Below are positions 21,965 to 35,594 of a DNA stretch of 64,000 nt, piece by piece. The notes under the pieces are model-generated. The model ran no database searches. It was not told where the DNA came from and saw only the letters and a list, made by a program, of their open reading frames with translations. Every line of letters begins with the position of its first letter. Within the stretch, counting starts at the first letter, position 1. The translations under genes and the position numbers were made by a program. Source of the stretch: Octopus bimaculoides (Eukaryota). The stretch is taken from the NCBI RefSeq assembly GCF_001194135.2, contig NC_068991.1, forward strand, positions 23,978,057 through 24,042,056. The letters run 5' to 3'.

Positions 21965-22329
21965 TTGGATGTCTCCTGGGTGGAGATTATTTCTTGCCTG
22001 TGAAAATTCACCACGACCATTAATTGCTACTGCGAACGGAGTCGTCACTGCTGCTGCTGCTCCTGCTGCTGTTGTTGCGATTGTGGATGTTGTTGATCTT
22101 TCTGTTGTTGATAATACTGTTGATGATGCTAGTCCAGAATTTATCATCCTTTCTTTATTTTCCCTTTCTGCTATTGTTGTTACTGCTTCTTGCTGTCGTT
22201 GTTACTGTTTTCGTTGCGGTGATGGTATTGACAGTAGTGCGGCCTTTTCCCCACTGTCTTGTGATTATGGAGGCAGAAAGCCCTGAGATGGTCGCTACAT
22301 ACACACACACATGACATCATTTTCTCCAG

Positions 22330-22800
22330 CCTTTCACAAACATACTCAACTCTCTCTCATTTTCAGGGAGGGCACATCTCAGATCCTTTCCAGATCCTCC
22401 GGTTTTATGTGGAAAAGTATCTCCGGGTTGGTCCCAGAAAAGATCTCTTGCTCCATCCTCTGGACATCCAGTAGCGTGTCCCTTCCTTCCTAAGATCACA
22501 CAGGATGTCAGCCACTACAGGTTGTACCCCAGTGGGATGTCTTGAATTTTCACTCGGGTCGTGCTTCGGCCCAAATATATGGGTGCAGAGTATTGTCCTC
22601 ATTCCCTCAGGGGACCACGGAGTGTTACAGAGCGAGAGCCTCGATCTTGGATAAGACTTCTATGCTTTCCCCCCTGTACTGCTTGGCCCCGTACTGAATG
22701 TCCTCCCAGACTATTTAACGGCGCTTTCCACCAGAGCCTTATCTGCGTTCTCCAGGTTGCGTTTTCTCACAGCGATGCAGCGGTAGCATATTGTCCTTTT
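22330..22800 (-). mobile_element. Probable ORF1 relic of the same Tx1-like element
   Basis: YLGRSTTRVKIQDIPLG...WL...LDVQRMEQEIF...FHIKPEDLERI; same strand and upstream of the ORF2 relic. Confidence 0.5.
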
Positions 22801-23099
22801 TAAAATATCATTCGAGAAGTCTTGGTGGGGTTCTATTAACACCTTATTCCTATCAGTCTTTCTATAACGAGCTGCCTCCTCTAATTTTCACTACTTCTCT
22901 TCTAAGGAAAGTTTAATTAGTTAACTCTGCTTTGCTACGAGTTCCCTATGCTTTGCAAAAGTGGGTTTGCTGTTGTTGTCGATTGGTGAGGTTTTGCACT
23001 TTTTTTTTTATCGTTGTTGTTGCTGTTATTGATGTTGCTGCTACTCCAGCTAAATGCGTTCCTATTGTGGTCGTTGCTGTCGATACTATTTTTGTCGGT

Positions 23100-23229
23100 G
23101 GGGCGGCGAGCTGGCAGAATCGTTAGCACGCCGGACAAAATGCTTAGCAGCTTTTCGAATCCCGTTGAGGTCGATTTTTCCTTGCATCCTTTCGGGGTCG
23201 ATAAAATAAGTACCGGTCGAGCACTGTGG
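23100..23229 (+). mobile_element. OK-like SINE running into a gap
   Basis: GGCGGCGAGCTGGCAGAATCGTTAGCACGCCGG head. Confidence 0.85.
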
Positions 23230-24035
23230 NNNNNNNNNNNNNNNNNNNNNNNNNNNNNNNNNNNNNNNNNNNNNNNNNNNNNNNNNNNNNNNNNNNNNNN
23301 NNNNNNNNNNNNNNNNNNNNNNNNNNNNNNNNNNNNNNNNNNNNNNNNNNNNNNNNNNNNNNNNNNNNNNNNNNNNNNNNNNNNNNNNNNNNNNNNNNNN
23401 NNNNNNNNNNNNNNNNNNNNNNNNNNNNNNNNNNNNNNNNNNNNNNNNNNNNNNNNNNNNNNNNNNNNNNNNNNNNNNNNNNNNNNNNNNNNNNNNNNNN
23501 NNNNNNNNNNNNNNNNNNNNNNNNNNNNNNNNNNNNNNNNNNNNNNNNNNNNNNNNNNNNNNNNNNNNNNNNNNNNNNNNNNNNNNNNNNNNNNNNNNNN
23601 NNNNNNNNNNNNNNNNNNNNNNNNNNNNNNNNNNNNNNNNNNNNNNNNNNNNNNNNNNNNNNNNNNNNNNNNNNNNNNNNNNNNNNNNNNNNNNNNNNNN
23701 NNNNNNNNNNNNNNNNNNNNNNNNNNNNNNNNNNNNNNNNNNNNNNNNNNNNNNNNNNNNNNNNNNNNNNNNNNNNNNNNNNNNNNNNNNGTACTATCTG
23801 GAATATGGATTATATTTCGCCTTAACGCTACCCAAGCGGAATTATAGAGGTAAAATTTTTCCCTTAACGGACAAAAAGTAACCGCAAAACATTAACCAAA
23901 CATTTTTCTGCATTTTGAATGAAAATGCAACAGTATTTATACACATCAACTGACACAAAACGGGCGATGTAAACGATGATTTGAAGGGAGACTTACAAAG
24001 CGTGATCAAAAGTACGTCCGAACTATTCTGTAGTA

Positions 24036-24094
<59 letters not shown>

Positions 24095-24924
24095 TAATAA
24101 TGATAATAGTAAGTTTTAATTTTCGGCGTTATAGTTTCTCGAAACTCATAATCTCACAAACATCTCTTTTCGAGATAAAAATAAAATCTAAAAGAAAAAG
24201 AAAATTAATACATTTATTTCACAACCGATGAAGCATTTTTGCTAACAAATCAAAACTTAATTTCCTTTAATTAGAATTTTCTTGATAAAACGAAAGAAAA
24301 TTAAAATTAACCAAATTTACAAAAAAAAAACAACAAAAAAACTTCTCAAAGTCAAAGAATTTATAAAAAATCGAAATTGTATGAAACAACTTCAACAAGT
24401 ACAAATTAATATTATTTTACAGAAATGAAATATGCCTCAGGTGGATCTTTGTTTACCATTTTTCAGAGGTTAGAGAACAAACAAACGTATAAACAAAAAA
24501 AAAAGATTATTTTAAAGCAAGATTTTTAACCAATATTATTTAACTGTGCTGTTTACCTTCATTGAATTATTCATTTAAGAATAAGAAAATAACTTAATTA
24601 AGCATCAATAAGTAAAAGGCAAAGTCATTTGTAACATGTTTTCATTGTCTTTCATGCTGGTGCAATTTTCTGTCATTGTTGTTGGTGGTGGTAGTGGGGT
24701 GAGCGTCGACGAGTAAAATCGTTTACTTCATTGCGTTGCTGTTTCGACTCCCGTTTGAAACAATTTTCATATTCTTGTCATCAACCACTTACATTCATAG
24801 GTAACATCTTGAATGTAACTACAGTCGTAAAAATATAGATTCCTCGAACAAATGAGACAGAACCTCTACACGGTAACCCAAACAGTCAAAACTCCCTAAA
24901 ATCACATCCCACGGGGAAGTGGGT

Positions 24925-25090
24925 AAGTCAGTTACATCGACCCATTATTCAACTGGTACTTATTTTATCGACCCCGAAAGGATTTAAGATGAAGTCGCCT
25001 TGGCGGAATTTGAACTCAGAACGTAAAGGAAAACGAAATTGCCGCTAAGCATTTCGCCCGGCGTGCTAACGATTCTGCCAGCTCGCCACC
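24925..25090 (-). mobile_element. OK-like SINE
   Basis: Reverse complement of family B. Confidence 0.85.
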
Positions 25091-25275
25091 TTTCTACACA
25101 TACACATATATATTAGTTGGCTAACTTAGTTCCTCATGTTACTTAAAATTTCTATATCTTCAGACATTTGGAAGCAAATGGACGTGCTTTTGCGCCCACG
25201 AAACTTTAAGCGATATGAGGAAACGATATGAGCTGTATGCTACTGCTGTCCATTTGTTCACGCACTCATGTATGT

Positions 25276-25307
<32 letters not shown>

Positions 25308-25581
25308 NNNNNNNNNNNNNNNNNNNNNNNNNNNNNNNNNNNNNNNNNNNNNNNNNNNNNNNNNNNNNNNNNNNNNNNNNNNNNNNNNNNNNNNNNNNNN
25401 NNNNNNNNNNNNNNNNNNNNNNNNNNNNNNNNNNNNNNNNNNNNNNNNNNNNNNNNNNNNNNNNNNNNNNNNNNNNNNNNNNNNNNNNNNNNNNNNNNNN
25501 NNNNNNNNNNNNNNNNNNNNNNNNNNNNNNNNNNNNNNNNNNNNNNNNNNNNNNNNNNNNNNNACACACTGATATATCATT

Positions 25582-25619
<38 letters not shown>

Positions 25620-25622
<3 letters not shown>

Positions 25623-25760
25623 ACGGGCTTCTTTCAGTTTCCGTCAACCAAATCTACTCACATGGCTTTGGTCGGCCCGAGGCTAGAGTAAAAGACACTC
25701 GCCTGGGGTGTCACGGATTGGGACTGAATCCGGAACTATGTGATTGGGAAGTAAACTTCT
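25620..25760 (-). mobile_element. OR2-like SINE 5' part (family D)
   Basis: Reverse complement of 17160-17310. Confidence 0.8.
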
Positions 25761-25799
25761 TGCACTCTAATATGTGTGTATGTATGAATGTATGTATGT

Positions 25800-25960
25800 T
25801 GAGGAGCGTGGCCAAGCGGTTAGGGTGCTGAGCTCAGGATCATAAGGTAATGGGTTCGATTCCTGGACCAAGTCTCACATGGTATCATCGAGCAAAACAC
25901 TTCATGTCAAGTTGCTCCTGTCTAGACAACTGGAAGTTAGTAGCAACCTAGAGCAGCTTC
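25800..25960 (+). mobile_element. Old tRNA-derived SINE head
   Basis: GCGTGGCCAAGCGGTTAGG (A box), GGGTTCGATTCC (B box), CATCGAGCAAAACACTT core. Confidence 0.6.
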
Positions 25961-26829
25961 AGACCTCTTCCTCTCTAGTAGTCCCATCCTTAATGTTCCG
26001 CTGGGACGAGGTTAAGAGGGTCGACAAAGTTTCTATGTCTGTTCACAACTACATAGACATCTAAAACAATCAGCGAAAGCACGGTACATGTCACTAGGTA
26101 GTACTTGCTTACGAGCGACGGGTAACTAACTTTATTATATCTCTCACCTGTTCGTTTGCCCTGTTAAAAAATAGCAGCAAAATTTCTCTAAAAAATCACA
26201 CCTTAATGCCTTAAAGCAAAGGAAGGGCACACGGGACAATGTAAACATGACGAGTATGGTCACGGCCGAAAAGTTTTTGAACATAGATCTATTTTGTCAA
26301 GGATGACCTGGACTAAACAACAACAGTAACCTGCAAGAAATAACAGCCAAATCATACTCAACCCACATTCCACTTAAGGATGTATAGGATAAGTGAGTTT
26401 TGAGTATACTATGCTTTCAGATATATAATAAAGTCGAGATGGTCACAACTGGAATAGCTTCCGTTGTACATCTGATCGATCAGGACCAACTTGGTGCTAA
26501 ACAACCGCGATAAAACCATGTGACTTTATGTTTAAAAGATTTATTAACAAGTATTGTTAATTATTTAATTGCCACGCAAATATGTATTTCTATGAATAGA
26601 ACTCCCGATGGTTAATCTAATCTAGAATACATTCTTTGTAATTTAAAGTTGGTGTGAAAAAAGACGTGAAGAACACATAAATGAGAAAAACAAAGTAAGT
26701 GAAGAAATAGAAAAAGCCAACGATTGGTTACCGAACTTTGAGTGGTTTTTATATGTTCTTCGAATCACTGTTTCACACTTAATTACTAATGGAAAATTGT
26801 CTTCTGCAAATGTCGCCAAAAGATTTTCG

Positions 26830-26896
<67 letters not shown>

Positions 26897-27374
26897 TGGC
26901 TCGTCTAATCAAATTATTTGTTTCTACGTATTTGATAATACAATTATAGAACACAAAGACTACACAAGTAAGGAATAAAATACAGAATTGACGAATATAA
27001 TTGGACCGATGGAAATTGTTCATTTCATAGACGACGGAGACGTTGTTAGAAGAGAAACCGAGATTTCTCGTGTTAATCACCTGGTTAAGAAAGTTGCAAG
27101 GTTAATCGTCTGGTTAAGAAGGCTGCTTCAGAACCATGTTCTTTCGAGATCGAAATTACTGCCCAACATTAGCGAGCATTGAATTTGAGACGCAAAGGAC
27201 GTGACTAAATATCAGGATATTTCGTCTGTCGCTCTACTGATTCGTTTAGATTACATTAAAGTGCTGGAAAGTCATTCCATAGATATTATTAACTGGTGAC
27301 TCTTTATAATTTGGCTCTCTTTGAGAAAATATTCTTACATCTAACAACTCAGTGTTAATATAAATTCAACATTT

Positions 27375-27545
27375 AAAGTGGTAAGCTGGCTGAATTGTTA
27401 GCACTCCAGGAAAAATGCTTAGCAGCTTTTCGTCCATCCTTACGTTCAGAGTTCAAATAAGTGCCAACTGACCACTGGTGTCGATTTAATCGACTTGCTC
27501 ACTCCTCTGAAACTGCTGGCCTTGTGCCAAAATTTGAAACCAGTA
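27375..27545 (+). mobile_element. OK-like SINE, internally deleted
   Basis: Family B head and tail present, middle core missing. Confidence 0.65.
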
Positions 27546-28624
27546 CCAAATTCAACATATAATCTCATAAAAAAGATGGTGGTACGTGTCAATGAATGGA
27601 AATAAACTTTTAGGGAGATGAGTCTGAATTTCGGGGAGAGAGATTCATTTTTTCCCACATTGGACAAAGGATAATCGGTAAAGTTTGTAACAGTAAATTA
27701 TACGAAAACCGAAATATCTGAGTTAATATCTGGCATTCGAAGTTATGCTATTTGGAAAGATAGTTATGAAGAACTTAGAGGCAAGATTGTATAAAGATAA
27801 TTTCATGTTATAAACTATAATAAATTCACTGAATGTTGCTTATTGAACACAATAATCACATTGAACAACAACAATAGAAAACTATCTGGCTTTGTCATCA
27901 AAATATATGAGGACTTGGATGATTTGGGTCATTAAAAAGTTCTAATGATACAGTTAAGAAAATTTTATTGTAAAACCAGTTTCCATAATCGCCAGTTCTT
28001 TTTTAAAAGACATAAACAACATTTACTTATTGAAGCAATTACGATTAAATTAAAATAATATAACTGAGCTAGCGTCTCTTGAGAAACAAAATGAATTGAA
28101 AATATTAGCGTTGTGTATAATGTTTTGGAACTGGTTCCTTTTGTTTATTTCAAATTAAAAATAAATCAAGAGAAAATCCAAAAGGAAAGGGAAACGTTTT
28201 ACTTTTGATCAAATTTGCTGATATCTAAAAATACATAGCTTTAAGGAGAAAAGAACTTATTTTATAGTATGTAAATTCCCACATTATAGATGATATGCAA
28301 CTATTGAAGCGGGGTGAGAAAGAAAGAAGCCAGAGAGAAGTAAATTGTGGTTACATAAGGTGAATTATTATTTATATATTTAATGCAACTATTAAAAAGT
28401 CCGCCAGAAACAAATCTAGTGAGAGGGAAGAACTGTGTCAATAATTAATTATAACTTTAATTTTTATTCGTTAAGTACGTGAGATAATATAGGATATGTT
28501 TCTGTGTTATTATGACTCGTAAGCGAAACATAGTCTTATGTTGTTACGAACTCAACTGACGAAATGTATGCAAAACTCGTTTCACTAATAGATATTTTTA
28601 TCACATTTCTCTCTCTCTCTCTCG

Positions 28625-30085
28625 TTTCGGTCAGAATTGGCACAGGCCATGTCTAACTTAATAGCACCATTTGAAAAAAACATTTTATGTTTCATATTAC
28701 AGTCATTCTTTGGGCATCACAACCCATTCGAGTAAAGAGTTACAGTTTACAGAGATAAAGCGTGTGTAGGTAGTTCATCTGGAATTTGTTGGAGATATTC
28801 ATGCAGGAACCGTTTGAATGTTATCTTTTTTTCTTCTCTTATGTATCTTGGTATGATGTTAAAGAAAGTAGGCCCAGTTGAAGTGAAATAGTTCTGTCTT
28901 AGTGTTGTAATGTGACGCGAGCATGATTTTAGTAGAAGACGAATGGCACAGGGATCAAGTCTTGGATGAATTTTAAAGTTGAAGCCAACATCATTTGGGT
29001 AATACGGTCAGAATATTTTTCCACATTATACAAATGATATAGCACTCATGGCGGTGTTGGCGGTAATAAGGTTTGAGTTTTTCGAGACGATCCTAATAAT
29101 CAAGACCTGTCATTTCATCTATTTTCCTTGAGACCGATCTATGGGGTTTTTTCAATTTATATATTTTGTTTCGTGCAGGGAGACCACAGTGGACAACAGT
29201 ATTCAACGTGAGGACGGGCGAAGGTGGAGAAGACAAGGTTAATGGCAGGAGCGTCTCTAAATCAAAAAGCCCTGAGGATCTACGAACCCGCTCTACTTGT
29301 CATGTCGACTTCATTGTTTATGTGGGCACTCCAGCATGAGTTGTTGTCGACAGTTACTCCAAAATCCCTAACAGTGTTTAATGCCACGTGTTTGATGCCA
29401 TGTGGTAGCTTAAGTGCAGCATCTTTGTGCAAAGTGAATTAATTCAAATTTGTTTTCGTTTAGTGCATATTGTGTTTTTTCACCCATGAGATAACAGCGA
29501 ACAGATCCAATTGGAGATCTGTTCGGTCTCCTGCTCTGTTAACGATCTTCAGAAGCTTAGAGTCATCTGCGAAAATCTAATACTGCTGTGACTTATGATG
29601 TCTATGATGTCACTGATGTAAATAATGAAAAAGAGTGGTCATAATAGTGTGCTTTGTGGGACTCCACTGATGATTCTTGCCGAGCTCGATCGAATACTAT
29701 CATAACATGCTGGGTTCTGCTCACCAGAAAACATTCAGTTCACTTCAAATTTTTCCTCAGACTTCAACGTTCGATATTTTCTTGAATAGAATGTTGTGGT
29801 CAACTTTGTGAAGGGCTTGCTGAAGTCCCGATAGGTAACATCTGCATTGGAACCCTCTCCTAGAGCCTTTAGAATATCATCAAAGTGATGCAGGAGCTGT
29901 GTTAGGCAGTACCTACCATTTCAGGAGCTATGTTGTTTGGGAATCAGTAGGCTGTTACTTTACAGTTCGTGAGTTACTCGATATCTCACAACTCTCTCAA
30001 ATGATTTGACGATGCAAGAGGCAAATGAGATCGGTCGGCAATTCACTGCCAGCGATTTGTTGCCCTTCTTGAAAACTGGGACAAT
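28625..30085 (-). mobile_element. CR1-clade LINE 3' half (RT), degenerate
   Basis: SGVPQSTLL*PLFFIIYISDI...FADDSKL...LQLDL..V..W...NM.LNENKFELIHF; VTYRDFSKPF.KVDH; RPHVEYC. Confidence 0.85.
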
Positions 30086-31899
30086 CGACTGGGATTAGAG
30101 CTGGATATAGACAGTACAAAGAGGAAGACTATCAACACTTTGAGCGTTTTCGACGTGCAATTTATATTTTCAAATCAGAACTAAACCATTTCAATGGCAC
30201 TTTCGTTCTTGTTGCAATATTTATATTTTTCTTTTAAAGATATAAGAAATTCGCAAGTATAAGTTAATGTTTCTAGGTCACTAGAAGTAATCGCTTTTGT
30301 TAAAATTAATACTTCATTGTACACATCGTCGAATTTCAGTTGATAGTGCCGGCGCTACTTACCAAGCAAAGTAGACGATTGTCTATAGCGATAAACCCGG
30401 GGACGCCAGAGATAACTTACATGACTTTTTAAAATCCAAATGAAAACACGAGAACTTAATATTGAAAAGAGCCGGTGAGGTGACACTCGGAATACAAGAG
30501 AATAGAGTACACGGCTAGCCTGTGAAATTCGTCTGATGTAACCCAGTAATTTACAAGTGATATGCATGATCATAAAACGAAAAGATTTCTTGTTCGCAAG
30601 TTTATTATGATTTTCCGATTGAATTACCTGGCTGGTATAATAAGGGTGATGGTTGGAAGATGTAAAAGGAGTTAAAACTGAGAAGAGTGCTCTCACTGTA
30701 GGGATGAATGAAGGGGCGTATCCCGTAGGACTGGCAGAAGGGAGTACACATTGTAAGGCCGGAAGATGAGGGCACACATTGAAGAGCTGAAAGAAGAAGG
30801 TTCATATTGTAAGGCTGGAGCCAGTCCTGTCTATTTATTCATTAACAAGGTTTTCCTGTTTTTTTTTTTATTTATAAAGAACAAAGTACCCCTTATACTT
30901 AAAAAATTTGGTAGCAGAAGTAATTTTGTTTTTGTAAAAATTATTATTTTTTTTAAATGTTGTTGTTTACCTCAGTAGAAGTTATTCGTTTTTATATAAT
31001 TAATATTATTTTGTTTTGAAAAGATTGTTGCTGTTTCTTTCTGCAATGTAAATCTTTCAAGCTAAGTTCCCGATTTTCCTGCTAATTAGAATTTAGAGTA
31101 GAAATAATTGTTTTCTTTTTTATACATAATTTATATCTCATTATATACACTGTCCTGTTTAATATGTCGTAACACATATCATCCACTTCATGTTTAATAT
31201 CTCATTATGCAGATCGCCCATTTTCTTCTTAAATGTTCAATTTCAAAGATTTATTTTTCTGGTTATTTGCTTCTATATTCTTTATGAATTCCGAAGTAGA
31301 AGTATATCTACTTTTGTAACATTATTTTTTCACGTAAACATTGTAGCATGGTTTTTAGTGTTGTTTTTCTACCAGGAAACTTACAATAATTAGCTCTCAC
31401 TCTCTCTCAGCGCCTGTTTCTCATAATCCACATTTCACACTACGCATTTGATTCACTGCGATAGCACATACAAAAAATTTAGATGAAAAGTGGCGGAAAT
31501 TCGCTCGACAGAGGAAAGCTAGATAATATCTACAACTAGATGTCTAGAGATCAGCAATCCAATGCTCAGATTTTTACTTATACAACAAATATATATAAGG
31601 GAAACTGGCGAACAAGTTCTCAGTTACAGAGAAAAAGCTACATATCAGAAATCTAGATTGGTGATTATCACCAGAAATCACTGCTTGATGTTAAGTGGAC
31701 AGAAATAAAGACTGTAAAATGGCAGGAAACTCATAAAGAAACAGAAATAAAGACTGTAAAATGACAAGAGACACATAAAGAAGTAGAAATAAGGCTACCA
31801 ATAAAAAGTATGAAAATAGCTGAAAGAGAACAAGATAAAATACAAGAAGAAAATATGACAACGCTCGAAACAAACAAACAAACAAAAAACAAAGCAGAA

Positions 31900-33450
31900 T
31901 AAGCGTAAGAGTACAAGAGGAATTACGAAAGAAGAAGGTTAATTGCTAGAGATAGATCTAGAGTTGTTATTGCTTTCAGAATGGAAGCAAATTTGTATCT
32001 GTACAAAGAAATGTAAATGTTATTTCAAATAGAAAAAAATGGAAGAAAATAGTATCAACAGAGGAGAAAGCAATGCTAATTTTGAAAACAGGACTACAAC
32101 ATAAGAGACTATCTGAAAACAGGACTATCAACATAAAAGAAAGAAATATAAACATTATTCAAAATAGAATATCAGAATTTCAAATAATAGAGTCAACATT
32201 TATTTTCCAAAGAAAATTCACTGCGTCATTCATGTGGATCTATGAATATTTATTACAAACTTTGAAATGCCAAATATTCTCACCAGAGAGTTCCTCTGTT
32301 TTCACAAGAGTAAAATGGTATTGCATAACCAAAGATAAACAGCACCATATCACCGTAATATAAGGAATAAACCAAGAAATCCAAGTTACAAACACTTCCA
32401 AGATAGCATTAGATCTTACAACACAATACTTTTCCTCAGTGGTAACTCAGATATCTGATGTTTTAAATCGTAGGCTGTTATATTTTCGTTTTCATGACAA
32501 AAGCTAATGTCGCACGAGCAATATATTGTCTTAATGGAGAAGAACCTCGACAATCTAACAAGCTTTACATCATTGATTCTAAAACGATTCTATTCATATT
32601 AGATTCCAGAATCTGAGTAATGGCAGTTGTATTCCTCAAATTCTAACTACTTTAAATCAGATCAACACAAAAAAACGTTTACGTTTCCGTGTATAAAATG
32701 TTAGGAAAATGAGTACGAATTCAATAGAGAGCAGCAGGATATATTCCAACACCAGTAGTCAATATCGTATTTAAGAGAGACAGAAACAATGGGCAAAGAC
32801 GATATAACTTACCAAATTATGATGTAGCAATGACTTTTAGAAAATATTGATATAAATATCCTTCTAAGTATCAAGTCCGTATTTACCTTCCATATTGAGA
32901 CCTCCATTGATCAAATTTAATATTACTGACCCTCAATTTTGACTCAAAGAATTACACTTTATTCTATCCATAAGGAGTACGAGAACGTCAACTAAGATTG
33001 ATCATTAATCTTAAACTAATTAACAAGAGTACACTCTTTAATGTTATGATATACACTATTTCTATACTGTAATACAAGGTTGTTCAAACAGTAATAAAAG
33101 AAGGCAGCAAACAACTTGCATATCGTAGAACAATTATTTTAGCAATGGGATGATGATTCTCTTTCAGTTAAGGTAAATAATTTCAATTATGTAGGATACT
33201 ATCAAGGACATTTTTGAGTTCCACAGAATCAAAGACTTATTGGTCATCTGTTTATTTTGTCTATTATGCAGGATCTCATAGAAAGTACTATTATTTTACC
33301 ATCTTTATTTCATGGATCGCCTAGAAACAAGAAAGAATTGTGCTGTCATGATACCTTGACCTTGGTGAGGAATTTGGACAGGCATATTTATTTTTCTACT
33401 ATGACATACAATTCTTCCAGGTATAAAATTAGAGATAAATTCTTTTCTGG
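31900..33450 (+). mobile_element. Very old LINE relic (endonuclease and RT traces)
   Basis: Scattered motifs: RGEAMLILK near 32058 and VPQ...HLFILSIMQDL near 33215; heavily decayed. Confidence 0.4.
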
Positions 33451-33547
33451 ATAATTCCTGTCAGGACAGACCAAATATTCCGACAAGAACGTCCAAGATA
33501 TAATCGACAAATTTATCGTGTAATACCCTGGAGAGCATTACGCATAA

Positions 33548-33835
33548 GGTGGTGTGCTGGCAGAATCGACGGAGCGTCGGACAAAATACTTTACTGTATT
33601 TCTTTCAGCTCTTTATGCTTTCAGCTCTTTATGCTTTCAGCTCTTTATGCTTTCAGCTCTTTATGCTTTCAGCTCTTTATGCTTTGAGCTCTGAATTCAA
33701 ATTCCGCTAAGGTTCAACTTCGCCTTTCTTAGTTGATAAAATACAGTACCAGTCAAGAACTGGGGTTGATGATATCGAGTAATTCTCTCCCCCATCCAAA
33801 TAATTCCTGGCCTTGCACCTAAATCAGAAGCCATT
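33548..33835 (+). mobile_element. OK-like SINE with an internal 5 x 16-bp minisatellite
   Basis: TTTCAGCTCTTTATGC repeated 33603-33682 between SINE head and B box. Confidence 0.8.
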
Positions 33836-34318
33836 ATTAATGAAACACGTGGCGGGAAGCTGGCAGAATCGAAAATAACATCGGACAAAATGCCTTGCGC
33901 CATTTCCTTCTGTTGTTCACGTTCTCAGGTCAACTTTGCTTTTCATCTCTCCAATGTCGATGAAATAAAATATAAGTCAAGCACTAGATAGTATCTTCCC
34001 TCTTAAAATTGCTAGCCTTATACTAAATTTTAAACGATTAACGAGATACAAGGGAAGATAGATGAAATGAGGTTTGTGAAGGTTGTGCTTTTTCTCGATG
34101 ATTGCGATGTAAAATGTTAGCAGTGTGAAATAAAACGCAGTAACATTGAAAGCAAATCGTAGGCTCATCTCTCTGGAAGGTTCTCTCGGGCTCAACACTT
34201 TACTCTTACCACCTTCTCCTCACTTCACACCTAGTGAAGATAGAATGAATAAAGATAGGAAACTTCGGAGAAGCATTTGTCTGGTAAACGATTTGATCTG
34301 GGACCGCGTATTGAAACT

Positions 34319-34710
34319 GTTGTTGTTGTTAGTACTCCGTCGCTTACGACGTCGAGGGTTCCAGTTGATCCGATCAACGGAACAGCTTGCTCGTGAAATT
34401 AACGTGCATGTGGCTGAGCACTCCACAGACACGTGTACCCTTAACGTAGTTCTCGGGGATATTCAGCGTGACACAGTGTGACAAGGCTGACCCTTTGAAA
34501 TTACAGGCACAACAGAAACAGGAAGTAAGAGTGAGAGAAAGTTGTGGTGGAAAAGTACAGCAGGATTCGCCACCATCCCTTGCCGGAACCTCGTGGATCT
34601 TTAGGTGCTTTCGCTCAATAAACACCCACAACGCCCGGTCTGGGAATCGAAATCGCGATCCTATGACCGCGAGTCCGCTGCCCTAACCACTGGGCCATTG
34701 CGCCTCCACT
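34319..34710 (-). mobile_element. Full-length OR-like SINE (family A) with 11-bp TSD
   Basis: GTATTGAAACT at 34308-34318 and 34711-34721. Confidence 0.92.
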
Positions 34711-34989
34711 GTATTGAAACTAAAGCAATGTATAACGTGAAAGAGACATATCAGTCTCTGTTAACTTCACTAAATCGTTTAATATTTGATGTCAACATTT
34801 TCGTCACACTGTGACCTGGTAACTGACACAGTTCCACTGCTAGATAGAAAGACTTTCGTAAACAAAAGCAAATTATTCCGTGGAATAATTAAGAGTATTT
34901 AAAGAGTATTTATGGCTCCTTTTATTGCTTGAATTTGCTCTTTACTTACTCTTGGAACCTGTGTATGATCTTTAATTTAACATCTCCAG

Positions 34990-35299
34990 CTGAAGTTTCT
35001 TTCGTTCTTTTTTTTCAATTTTTTTTTCGTTTTTTTTTGTCATTTTTCTTTTTTCCATTCTTTGCGTCTTCTATTTTCTTTCTTTCTCTCTTTCACTTTT
35101 CTCGTTTTCTCTTTCTGTTATTTTCCTTTCTTTTTCTTTCTTTATTCTTACTCTCTTTCACTTTCCTATTACTCTTTATTTTCCTTTATTCCCTATTTTC
35201 TTTCTCTCCTTCTTACACCTTTTCTTTTTCTTTCTGTCTTTCTTCCTTTCTTTCTTTCTTTCTTCTGTTATTTCTCTTTCACTGCTTCTTTTTCTCTAG

Positions 35300-35355
<56 letters not shown>

Positions 35356-35580
35356 TCCTTCTTTCTTTCTTTCTTTCTTTCTCTGTTTCATTTTCTCTCA
35401 TTTTTCTTTCTTTCTTTCCTTTTTCTTTTGCTTTTTATTCTTTTTTCTTTTTTCCATTTTCCCCTTTTCTTTTTGCTTTTCTTTGTTTTTATTTTACTTG
35501 TTTCTTCTGTAGTTTTCTTCCTTCCTTTGTATCTTCCTTTTTTCTTTTTTTGCTTCTTTTGCTTCTTTTTCTGCTTTTTT
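34990..35580. repeat. Polypyrimidine / (CTTT)n low-complexity tract
   Basis: Almost only C and T for about 600 bp. Confidence 0.95.
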
Positions 35581-35594
35581 TATGTCGCTAAATA

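Noticed and set aside
23791-23847. WIIFRLNATQ resembling the start of a paralogous domain
   Set aside because: In-frame stop follows immediately and no downstream exons were found.
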